Made by a program: the position numbers and the translations under genes
Shown: positions 28,078-35,763 of the stretch, piece by piece
Layout of the letters: each line of letters begins with the position of its first letter
How positions within the stretch are numbered: the first letter of the stretch is position 1
Notes under the pieces: model-generated
Database searches by the model: none
What the model saw: the letters and a program-made list of their open reading frames with translations, nothing else
What the model was told of the DNA's origin: nothing
Assembly (NCBI GenBank): GCA_051986585.1
Contig: JBPYFA010000106.1
Location: 1-43,111, forward strand
From: Vicinamibacterales bacterium
Lineage (GTDB): Bacteria > Acidobacteriota > Vicinamibacteria > Vicinamibacterales > 2-12-FULL-66-21
DNA: 43,111 bases
Direction: 5' to 3'

Positions 28078-28923
28078 TCATCGCGATTCGCGCTCGATCT
28101 TGATCTCGACGACTCCGAGCGGCTCTTCGAGCGCGACGAAGAGATCGTCGGGGTTCTCCAGGCCCTCGCCAAACAGGTCGGCGGGACGGTAAGGGCGCTC
28201 GTGAAACGCGAGCGTCACGTCGGCGATCTCCTGGTAGGTGGCGAGGACGACGTCCGCAATCGCATAGAGCGTGTGATGTACGGATCGGCTGCGATGCCAC
28301 GCAAACGTTTCGACGATCGCGGCGCGCACACCCTGGCGATACGGACGAAAGGTGACGTCGGCGCTGCTATACGTCCACTTCGCGCTCAACTGGCCAACCA
28401 GCAGCCGTTGCACCCCATCGTTGACCCCATCGTCAGGGCCGGCGGACGCGGCAGACGTGAAGCCGGCGGTTCGCATCACGTTGAGCCGGTCGAGGCCGGA
28501 CACGACGGCGAACTGCCGCCCGTTGCCGGTGACCGCGGCGGTCTTAACCTCGGGGGAGCCGGCGATGAATGCCTGGCCCTGCAGGCGGCCACCGGCATCA
28601 AGCCGCGTCCACGCTTGTTCGGTGATTTCCACCCTCGCGAGGGCGATCGCGGGATGCTGCTTGAGCACGCGATCGCAGATCGCCAGGCCGAACTCCTCGA
28701 TCTCGCAGGAGCCGTGTTCGAGCGCAGCGCGGTGCACGAGGTTCTTCAACGTCTCGCCGGGCGGGAGGCCGTCCGCCTTCCCCTCACGAAACGCGTCGGC
28801 AAATGGTCCTTCGAACCGGAACGACACGGATAATTCCTTCGGGTCGTGCCGATCGCCGCGGCGCGTCACCCGCAGCATCCGCAGGCGGGATTCGCCGTGG
28901 CTACTCGAACCGATGGTGTGCAT
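28078..28923 (-). CDS. Uricase-fold (urate oxidase-like) protein with a degenerate active site
   Basis: By-eye colinear match to bacterial uricases: RVTR..RH, ETLKN, IEEFG, AxWxY, SRSVHHTLY, GLENPDDLF..EPLGVVE. Confidence 0.8.
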   Translation of the reverse strand: MHTIGSSSHGESRLRMLRVTRRGDRHDPKELSVSFRFEGPFADAFREGKADGLPPGETLKNLVHRAALEHGSCEIEEFGLAICDRVLKQHPAIALARVEITEQAWTRLDAGGRLQGQAFIAGSPEVKTAAVTGNGRQFAVVSGLDRLNVMRTAGFTSAASAGPDDGVNDGVQRLLVGQLSAKWTYSSADVTFRPYRQGVRAAIVETFAWHRSRSVHHTLYAIADVVLATYQEIADVTLAFHERPYRPADLFGEGLENPDDLFVALEEPLGVVEIKIERESR

Positions 28924-28962
28924 GCGCCGAACTGTACCATGAGCCGGTATAATGAGCGTTTC

Positions 28963-29235
28963 ATGATCGTCGCGCGGCGGGTGTTGATCGGCGGACGCGT
29001 GCAGGGAGTCGGATTCCGGATGTTCGCCGCAGCACGTGCGGCAGCCGAAGGAGTGCATGGCTACGCGCGCAATCTGCCTGACGGCCGGGTCGAAGCGGTG
29101 ATTGAGGGGGACGACGAAGCCGTCGACCGAGTGGAACTGGCACTTCGTCGAGGGCCTTCACACGCTCAGGTCGAGTCGTTCGAGGTCGAGGACATCGAAC
29201 CGACGCACCGCGCCACCGGGTTCTCGACCCGGTGA
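28963..29235 (+). CDS. acyP: Acylphosphatase
   Basis: GRVQGVGFR, GYARNLPDGRVE, GPSHA. Confidence 0.93.
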   Translation: MIVARRVLIGGRVQGVGFRMFAAARAAAEGVHGYARNLPDGRVEAVIEGDDEAVDRVELALRRGPSHAQVESFEVEDIEPTHRATGFSTR

Positions 29236-29253
29236 CGAATCACGCGATGCAAT

Positions 29254-29290
29254 GCACAACGTTCAATGTTGAATGTTCAATGTTGAATGT
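29254..29290. repeat. Heptamer tandem array GTTSAAT
   Basis: GCACAAC GTTCAAT GTTGAAT GTTCAAT GTTGAAT. Confidence 0.8.
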
Positions 29291-29329
29291 GGACAGCCGA
29301 ATTCGATTGAACGGAGAGATGAATCGCTG

Positions 29330-29845
29330 ATGGACGCGCTCAAATCCAAGATTCGCCACGTCCCGGATTTTCCGAAAACCGGAATCCTCTTCTACGACAT
29401 CACCACGCTGCTTCGCGATCCCGCGGGTTTCCGGCTGGCGATCGACAGCGTCGCGATGCCGTTCACCGACAAGTCAATCAGCCTGGTCGTTGGCATCGAA
29501 AGCCGGGGATTCATTCTCGGATCCGCGGTGGCGGATCGAATCGGCGCCGGCTTCGTCCCGGTGCGGAAAGTGGGAAAGCTGCCGTCCGAACGGATTCGCG
29601 CCAGCTACGATCTCGAATACGGCACGGACAGCCTCGAGATGCACCGGGACGCGATCGATCCCGGACAACGAGTGCTCATCGTCGACGATCTGCTCGCCAC
29701 CGGCGGCACCGCCAAGGCGACGGTCGATTTGGTCAAGCAGATCGGTGGCGTCGTTGAAGGCGTCGCGTTCCTGATCGAGCTGGTCGCACTGAATGGACGG
29801 GCCAAGCTACCCGGCGAAAACATTCATGCTGTCTTGAAGTACTGA
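29330..29845 (+). CDS. apt: Adenine phosphoribosyltransferase
   Basis: [41 protein letters not shown]. Confidence 0.96.
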   Translation: MDALKSKIRHVPDFPKTGILFYDITTLLRDPAGFRLAIDSVAMPFTDKSISLVVGIESRGFILGSAVADRIGAGFVPVRKVGKLPSERIRASYDLEYGTDSLEMHRDAIDPGQRVLIVDDLLATGGTAKATVDLVKQIGGVVEGVAFLIELVALNGRAKLPGENIHAVLKY

Positions 29846-29962
29846 ATCCGTCATCGCTCATCGCTGGTCCAGGATCCGGGATTCGAGGATCCGGGAGCCG
29901 GGATTCGACGATGAGCGATTCGAGGATGGGCGATTCGGGATCAGCGAAGGGATGAGTGATTC
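29846..29962. repeat. Degenerate 7/8-mer array (ATCCGGG/ATTCGAGG/ATGAGCG)
   Basis: Fills the gap between two convergent stop codons; ATCGCTC/ATCGCTG units at the left are complementary to ATGAGCG/ATCAGCG at the right. Confidence 0.75.
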
Positions 29963-30265
29963 TCAGCTTTCCTGTAACTGATTGTCGGGCGTGATGACGA
30001 AGCTGTCGCGCAGCAGCTGTCGACGCGACGCGCTCGTTTCGAGCGCCACGGTGACGCGCACGTCGCGCGAACCGGCAACGGCCCACGACGGTGTCACCGA
30101 GAGTCGATACCGCCGATCGTTGCGCCCGACGGCGGGCTTGCACATCGAACGTCCGACGACGTCTCGCCAGATGCTGTAGGGGAGGCCGCGGAGTTCGGCG
30201 AGTTCGGTTTTGAGGAGCTCCCTCCGCGCCTGCACTTCGCCAACTGCCGGATTTTTGCTGAACAT
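29963..30265 (-). CDS. Hypothetical protein (100 aa)
   Basis: Protein-like composition (ELAELRGLPY..DVRVTVAL..DSFVITPD); TATAGT upstream. Confidence 0.6.
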   Translation of the reverse strand: MFSKNPAVGEVQARRELLKTELAELRGLPYSIWRDVVGRSMCKPAVGRNDRRYRLSVTPSWAVAGSRDVRVTVALETSASRRQLLRDSFVITPDNQLQES

Positions 30266-30304
30266 GCCGGAGCGGTGCACTATACGGACTGCGCGCCGTG
30301 GAGT

Positions 30305-30416
30305 CAACCTGCGGCAACGGCTCTGTTCCCCGCGTCAGCAGGATAGAGCATCGACCCTAACACATCGCCGACCGGCGATCCGCGAGTGCCAACCTCTATC
30401 CTGCCGCTGCAGGTTG
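30305..30416. other. Nested hairpin element containing a tRNA-Arg D-arm copy (att-like remnant or structured RNA)
   Basis: 30335-30353 is identical to 33553-33571; three nested inverted repeats. Confidence 0.55.
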
Positions 30417-30425
30417 CAACGCTCC

Positions 30426-33161
30426 TCAGGGATACACGTTGAGCTCGTGGATCGACCACCAGTAGATCGAGCTGCCGGTCTGGACAATCCGGATGTAGCG
30501 CGCCGGTTGCGCCGTGAAACTGACCGTGATGTTGCGGGTCGTACCGGTGCCGCTCGCCACGGGGGTAAACGTGCTGCCGTTGGTCGACACGAGCACCTGG
30601 TAGCCACGTGGATAGTCTGTGCCGCTTGCGCCCGTGTCCATCGTGATTTTCTCGATCGTGAAGGTCTGCCCCATGTCGGCCTCGAACCACTGTCCGTTCG
30701 TTTCGGGGACCCCTGACGACCAGCGGGTCAACACGTTGCCATCAAGTGCGCTCGCCGGAAGATCCTGCGTGCAACACGGATCGGAGGGCACCGATGATGC
30801 GGTGGCGATCCACGCCTTCCGATCGAGCGGCGGCTGGCTTCCCGTTCCCCACACATTCAGTTCGTGAATCGACCACCAGTTGGCGGCGGTGCCCGTCTGC
30901 ACGATACGGATATACCGGGCCGAAAGAGCGGCAAACGTTATGTTGAGCAGCTGGCTCGAGTCACTGCCACTTGCAACCTGCGTCAGCGTCGTCCCGTCGG
31001 TCGAAAGCAGAACCGTGTAGCCACGTGGATAGTCGCCAGTGCTCCCTCCCGCATCAATCGCAAGGCTGCTCACGGTATTCACCTGGCCCATGTCCACTTG
31101 AAACCATTGTCCATTCGATTCCGGGAGCCCGGTCGACCAGCGCGTCGACTCACTACCGTCGAGCGCGTTCGCAGGGCTATCGCCGCTATAGCTTGACGAG
31201 GCGGTCGCATTCCAGCCTGTGCGATCGAGCAGGTACGTGCCGGCCGGGGGGCCGGCCGGCGGAACGGGGGGCGGGGCGGGCGGCGGGGCTGTTGGCGGGC
31301 TGGTGACGGTGGATTTTCCATAGACGTTCAATTCGTGGAGCGACCACCAGTTGCCTGCTGTACCGGTCTCCTGGATCGCGATGAAGCGCGCCGATTGCGC
31401 GGGAAACGGCACGGTGAAGAACGGGCTGCCCGTTCCGCTGGCGACCGGGCTGTAGGTCACGCCGTCAGCGGACAGCAACAACTGATAGGCGCGCGGATAA
31501 TCGTCGAGGCTCGTCCCGGCGTCCAGTGTCACGCTGCTGATCGTATTCACCGCGCCCATGTCCACCCGGAACCACTGTCCGTTCGATTGAGACGCGCCGC
31601 TGGACCACCGTGTCGCGTCATTCCCGTCGATCGCGTTCGCTGGAGCATCGGCGGACGCACTCGAAGAGGCGGTCGCGACCCAGCCCTTGCGGTCGAGCCG
31701 CGTCGTGCCGTCGCTCGGTCCGGTATCCGACCATGTGAACGTTGCCACATCACCGGCCCCAAGCGAGTACAAGAACGAACGGCCGGCGGAGTGGACTTTG
31801 AATGTCGTCGCGGCACCAGCGTTCAGTACGACGAGCACTTTCGTCCCGTCTGCATTTTTGAACGCCACGCTCTCGACCGATCCGGGCCCATTCGTCGACG
31901 ACGCGATTCGATGCGCGCCCGGCACGACGAACTTGCTCGCGTGGCCGAGCGCGTAGTACTCGGGGTTATACGTGACGTGACCGTTCGACGAATCGATCGT
32001 GACGAGGCCGAGACAGTCGGTGCAGCCGCCGTCGTGCGGCCCATTGTTTTGATCCAAGGCAAGATTCCATTTCTGCACCGTCTTCGCCCAGTTCCGGACC
32101 GTTCCGATGATCAGGTTTTCGACGTCGTACCGGAACTCGGCAGGACCGGTCTTCCAGGTGCCGCCTGAGCACTCAGTGAAGTAGATGTCGCGATCGGGAT
32201 GTGCCGCCTTGACCGCGCTCTGCGCACTGGGTTGTCCGTCGTAGCAGTGGAATGCGCTGCCAGCGACGTAGGCCTTGGCTGCCGGATCGTTGAGGACGGC
32301 GATGGGATAGGTCGAAGACCAGTTGTCGTCGTACGCCAGGATCTTGGTCGAGATTCCCGCCGCGGCGAAGGCCGGCCCCAGGTAGTTCTTGATGAAGATC
32401 GCTTCATCCGTTGCCGGCAGAGACATCCCGGGGTAATCGCTTGGCACGAGCAGCGGTTCGTTCTGCACCGTCACCGCATCCACCGGTATTCCCTCAGCGG
32501 CGTAGGCCTCGATGAACTTGACGAAATACTGCGCATAGGGGGCGTACGCACTGGTCTTCAAGCTGCCCCCAATCATCGATCCCGATGTCTTCATCCAGCC
32601 CGGGGGACTCCAGGGGGTGGCCATGACTTTGAGACGGGAATTGAGGCTCAGCGCCTGCCGGAGTAGCGGCAGGATCTGGGCCCGATCGTGCTCGATCGAG
32701 AAATTGGCGAGGGTCGGATCCGTTTGTCCCTGGGGTACGTCATCGTAACTGTATCGGGTCACCGCGAAGTCCGATGCGCCGATCGGTTGGCGTACGTAGC
32801 TGAGTCCGATGCCTGCGGTCGGATCGAACAGTTGCTGCATGATCGTTTCGCGCTGTGCCGCGTTGTAGATCAGTCGCGCCGACGAGTCAGTCATCGAACC
32901 GCCGAAGCCGTCGATCACTTGAAACAGCTGGCTCTCATCGACGTCGATGGTGTAAGGCGCCGCGCCGGTGTCGGGACCGAAGACGACGGCCGCTTGCGGT
33001 TCGAGGTGTGTGGACAAGTCGGCGGTCGATAACCACACGTTGACGCCGCCCGCGACCGATGCCGACGACGTGACGGTCGTCGACTGCTTCGAGAAATCGT
33101 CTATCGCACCGATCCCCCCGGCAAGGGCGATCGAAAAAAGTATGCACATGCGAACGCTCAT
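30426..33161 (-). CDS. GH30 glycoside hydrolase (glucosylceramidase / beta-1,6-glucanase-like) with three F5/8 type C (CBM32) domains
   Basis: GFGGSMTD, PIGASDF, PWSPPGWMK, QNEP acid/base, FTECS nucleophile, WNLALD; 3 x LDRxxW..A[IL]DG..TRWS..WWS[IL]HELNV; Pro-rich linker. Confidence 0.9.
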   Translation of the reverse strand: MSVRMCILFSIALAGGIGAIDDFSKQSTTVTSSASVAGGVNVWLSTADLSTHLEPQAAVVFGPDTGAAPYTIDVDESQLFQVIDGFGGSMTDSSARLIYNAAQRETIMQQLFDPTAGIGLSYVRQPIGASDFAVTRYSYDDVPQGQTDPTLANFSIEHDRAQILPLLRQALSLNSRLKVMATPWSPPGWMKTSGSMIGGSLKTSAYAPYAQYFVKFIEAYAAEGIPVDAVTVQNEPLLVPSDYPGMSLPATDEAIFIKNYLGPAFAAAGISTKILAYDDNWSSTYPIAVLNDPAAKAYVAGSAFHCYDGQPSAQSAVKAAHPDRDIYFTECSGGTWKTGPAEFRYDVENLIIGTVRNWAKTVQKWNLALDQNNGPHDGGCTDCLGLVTIDSSNGHVTYNPEYYALGHASKFVVPGAHRIASSTNGPGSVESVAFKNADGTKVLVVLNAGAATTFKVHSAGRSFLYSLGAGDVATFTWSDTGPSDGTTRLDRKGWVATASSSASADAPANAIDGNDATRWSSGASQSNGQWFRVDMGAVNTISSVTLDAGTSLDDYPRAYQLLLSADGVTYSPVASGTGSPFFTVPFPAQSARFIAIQETGTAGNWWSLHELNVYGKSTVTSPPTAPPPAPPPVPPAGPPAGTYLLDRTGWNATASSSYSGDSPANALDGSESTRWSTGLPESNGQWFQVDMGQVNTVSSLAIDAGGSTGDYPRGYTVLLSTDGTTLTQVASGSDSSQLLNITFAALSARYIRIVQTGTAANWWSIHELNVWGTGSQPPLDRKAWIATASSVPSDPCCTQDLPASALDGNVLTRWSSGVPETNGQWFEADMGQTFTIEKITMDTGASGTDYPRGYQVLVSTNGSTFTPVASGTGTTRNITVSFTAQPARYIRIVQTGSSIYWWSIHELNVYP

Positions 33162-33541
33162 GAACTCTTCCTCCCTCGTTCCTGAGATCCGCGGAGAGGT
33201 TCCGCAATCGAGGCGTTTTGGTTTTCCCAACGATGCCACGCCAGGAAGGGAATATCGAGCTCAACGGCCTCGCGCGCGAGCTGTCGACGTGATCATTGGA
33301 AGGTCACTCGTCAAGTTAAAACTGACGATCAACAAACAGTAGTATCCTAAAGAGTTCCCGCTGGGCGTCTGATCGCGCGCGATACCTGCACCGCAACGAA
33401 GCAGAGCGTGGCATTGCTGTGAGTGGACGGCCCGCGTAACACGCGTGAGCGGGCAGTTCAGTCATTCGGCCGAAAGCGCCAGACAGGTTGGTCGCTGCGT
33501 CTGCAGTACACTGGACAGCGAAAATTCCGGTTAGAGTGGCG

Positions 33542-33618
33542 GCGCCCGTAGCTCAGCAGGATAGAGCATCGGTTTCCTAAACCGGGGGTCGCAGGTTCGA
33601 GACCTGCCGGGCGCACCA
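33542..33618 (+). tRNA. tRNA-Arg (anticodon CCT)
   Basis: 77-nt cloverleaf: acceptor GCGCCCG/CGGGCGC, D-stem GCTC/GAGC, anticodon loop TT-CCT-AA, T-arm GCAGG-TTCGAGA-CCTGC, encoded CCA. Confidence 0.97.
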
Positions 33619-33635
33619 AATACGACCGTGTAATT

Positions 33636-33710
33636 GTTGAATGTTGAATGTTGAATGCTGAACGCTGATTGCTGATTGAATGGTTCTTTACGTCTTTCAT
33701 TCAGCATTTG
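33636..33710. repeat. Heptamer array GTTGAAT x3, GCTGAAC, GCTGATT x2, with a short inverted remnant
   Basis: Same unit order as at 22047-22163; ATTCAGC follows after a spacer. Confidence 0.8.
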
Positions 33711-33727
33711 CAGCCGAGCGGAAAGAC

Positions 33728-33827
33728 GCGAGCGAGCGCAGCGAAGCGAGCCACGCGAACGGAGCGAGCCGACGAAGCGGCTCGCGAGAGAGCGTGAGGG
33801 GGAGTCCGAGGGGCGAAGCCCCTCGGA
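33728..33827. repeat. Purine-rich double-hairpin REP/MITE-like element
   Basis: GCGA-rich run; hairpins GCGAGCCG-ACGAAG-CGGCTCGC (33764-33785) and TCCGAGGGGC-GAA-GCCCCTCGGA (33805-33827). Confidence 0.6.
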
Positions 33828-33833
33828 GTGAAT

Positions 33834-34574
33834 ATGAAAAGCAAAGAACGACACAAGCTGAAAGAGAACGATTTCGCGCGGACGATGGCCCACGCGAGTG
33901 GCTTCATGCAAACGCGTGGGCAGGACGTCGCCAAGATTGTCACCGTCGTCGTCGTCGCGATTCTGTTGGCCGGCGGATATGCGTTATGGCGGCAATCGCG
34001 CAGTGGCAAGGCAAACGAGCTCCTGGCCACGGCCCTTGCCGTCGAAGAGGCTCCCGTCATCGCGCCGACGGCGCCGGCTCCAGGCAGTCCGATTCCGGTG
34101 CAGCAGGCCGGCACCTACGCGACGGAGCAGGCGAAACTCGAAGCGGCGCTGCCGGCGCTGATGAAAGTCGCCGACGCGTATCCGAGCACCGACGCCGGTA
34201 TCACGGCTCGCTACCACGCCGCCGGCGCGCTTGCCGCGCTTGGCCGCTACGGCGAAGCCGAGCAGCGATACCAGGAGGTCGTCGACAAGGCGGGCAACCG
34301 CTTGTATGGACGGACGGCAAAGCTCGGGCTGGCGGACGTGCAGCTGTCGCAGGGGAAGTACGACAGCGCGATCAAGATTTATCAGGATGCCGCGACCGAC
34401 TCCAATTCGCAGCTGCCGCTCGATGGCGTCTTGATGCAGCTCGGGCGGGCCTACATGAAGGCGGGCAAGAAGAACGAGGCCGCGCACGCTTTTACGCGTG
34501 TGGTTGAGGAGTTTCCGCAGTCCGCATACGTCCCCGACGCGCGCCGCGAGATGGAAGACGCGAAGAAGGGATAG
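33834..34574 (+). CDS. Membrane-anchored TPR protein (YfgM-like)
   Basis: ERHKLKENDF N-terminus, one TM helix, TPR-like repeats, ends EFPQSAY. Confidence 0.8.
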   Translation: MKSKERHKLKENDFARTMAHASGFMQTRGQDVAKIVTVVVVAILLAGGYALWRQSRSGKANELLATALAVEEAPVIAPTAPAPGSPIPVQQAGTYATEQAKLEAALPALMKVADAYPSTDAGITARYHAAGALAALGRYGEAEQRYQEVVDKAGNRLYGRTAKLGLADVQLSQGKYDSAIKIYQDAATDSNSQLPLDGVLMQLGRAYMKAGKKNEAAHAFTRVVEEFPQSAYVPDARREMEDAKKG

Positions 34575-34589
34575 TGACCGGCGCCCCCG

Positions 34590-34973
34590 TCAGGCGAGGG
34601 AACGGTTGACGGCTTCGATGCAGAGAACGGGAGACGTTCCCACCGCTTCGATTCGGCGGGCCGCGCCGCTCGGAACGAACACGATGTCTCCTGCCGTGAG
34701 GATGACGGACTCCTCGTCGATCGTTACCTTCACCAGACCGGCAAGCACCGCCGCGGCTCGCCCACACGGATGGACGCGAGCCGACACGATGGCGCCGGCA
34801 GGATTCGAGCGCGGAAGCGGCTCGTAGCCGAGCGCTTCGAGCTTCTGCTGGACCGCCGTTTCGGTGAAGAGGCCATCCAGGCGCTGATCCCAGCGCAGGA
34901 CGTACATCCTTCGCGCGCCCTCACGGTGAATGCGACGATCAAACGGAGCACCCGTTTGAGTCCCGGTGCTCAT
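34590..34973 (-). CDS. Cupin domain protein
   Basis: VLAGLVKVTI..LTAGDIVFVPSG..IEAVG; ATGA-coupled to the upstream gene. Confidence 0.7.
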   Translation of the reverse strand: MSTGTQTGAPFDRRIHREGARRMYVLRWDQRLDGLFTETAVQQKLEALGYEPLPRSNPAGAIVSARVHPCGRAAAVLAGLVKVTIDEESVILTAGDIVFVPSGAARRIEAVGTSPVLCIEAVNRSLA

Positions 34974-35392
34974 GCCGTCCTCGTCGCCCCCTCGTTCGCG
35001 CTCCAGTTATCGGTCGTTGCCGCACGTCGTTCCGGTTCCACGAGCAGACGAAGCGCATACCCGGTCGGCGCGCCGGTGTCATTGCTGACCGGACCGACGC
35101 GAAACACCGCCGACAACACCGTCGATTTGCGAAGGGGCGCCGGCAAGTCCGTGCGGTCGCGCTGAGAGCGATCCACCTGGAAGTAGACCAGCCGGTAAAG
35201 CGGAATCGGCGTCCCGCCCTGACAGTCGACGCTCACGCCGTGGACACTGACGTCCCGGGTGACGACCGAAGCCATGCGCGTATTGCCCTTGGCGTCCTTC
35301 CAGAGAATCTGCCCGGGCACCGCGATCGGATAGCGGTCCTCGGTTCGTTTCTCATATCGGCTTCCGCCTACAAGGCGCAGACGCTGTTCCAT
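34970..35392 (-). CDS. Stand-alone PilZ-like domain protein
   Basis: RTEDR (RxxxR) and DVSVHG (DxSxxG) c-di-GMP motifs; SD GGAGGA. Confidence 0.7.
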   Translation of the reverse strand: MEQRLRLVGGSRYEKRTEDRYPIAVPGQILWKDAKGNTRMASVVTRDVSVHGVSVDCQGGTPIPLYRLVYFQVDRSQRDRTDLPAPLRKSTVLSAVFRVGPVSNDTGAPTGYALRLLVEPERRAATTDNWSANEGATRTA

Positions 35393-35430
35393 GGCGGTGA
35401 CTCCTCCGGTTTCGCAGGTACCCACCTCAT

Positions 35431-35563
35431 ATCAAGTTGCACGCCCGCCGGAACCGAGTAAACAGCTAACTCGGACGGAAGCAGATAATAACCGAAAGAT
35501 CAAATACTTAACGCGATTTAGTGTCCGTTTATGGTCCAGGTCGTCGTGGATATTTGCTATCCA
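35431..35563 (-). promoter_or_regulatory. Candidate sigma-54 promoter with IHF-like site and palindromic upstream activator site
   Basis: GGGCGTGCAACTTGAT (35431-46, -12 GC replaced by GA); GATCAAATACTTA (35498-510); TGGATA-N5-TATCCA (35547-63). Confidence 0.4.
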
Positions 35564-35637
35564 AACGGCCAACGGAATGGATACTTCGGTAACAACGGGA
35601 TCCCGGGTCAGGTCGCGGGATCCGGGTTCGGTGAATC

Positions 35638-35763
35638 GATTCGAGGATTCGACGATTCGCGATTCGCGATTCGCGATTCGAGGATTCGGCGATTCGAGGA
35701 TTAGTGATTCGAGGATTCGAGGATTAGCGATTCGCGATTAGGGATTAGCGACTAGGGATTAAG
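35638..35763. repeat. Mixed 7/8-mer array, about 17 x GATTCGAG/GATTCGC/GATTAGS
   Basis: Direct reading; the last unit overlaps the stop codon of the regulator. Confidence 0.9.

Noticed and set aside
30325-30420. Second functional tRNA gene
   Set aside because: Only the D-arm segment matches; there is no acceptor stem, intact T-loop or CCA. Kept as a fragment finding.
33309-33327. Short dyad CGTCA..TGACG upstream of GH30 as an operator
   Set aside because: Too short and single-copy, with no cognate regulator nearby.
30335-33618. Prophage or autonomous integrative element at tRNA-Arg
   Set aside because: No integrase, transposase or phage gene is present in the window.
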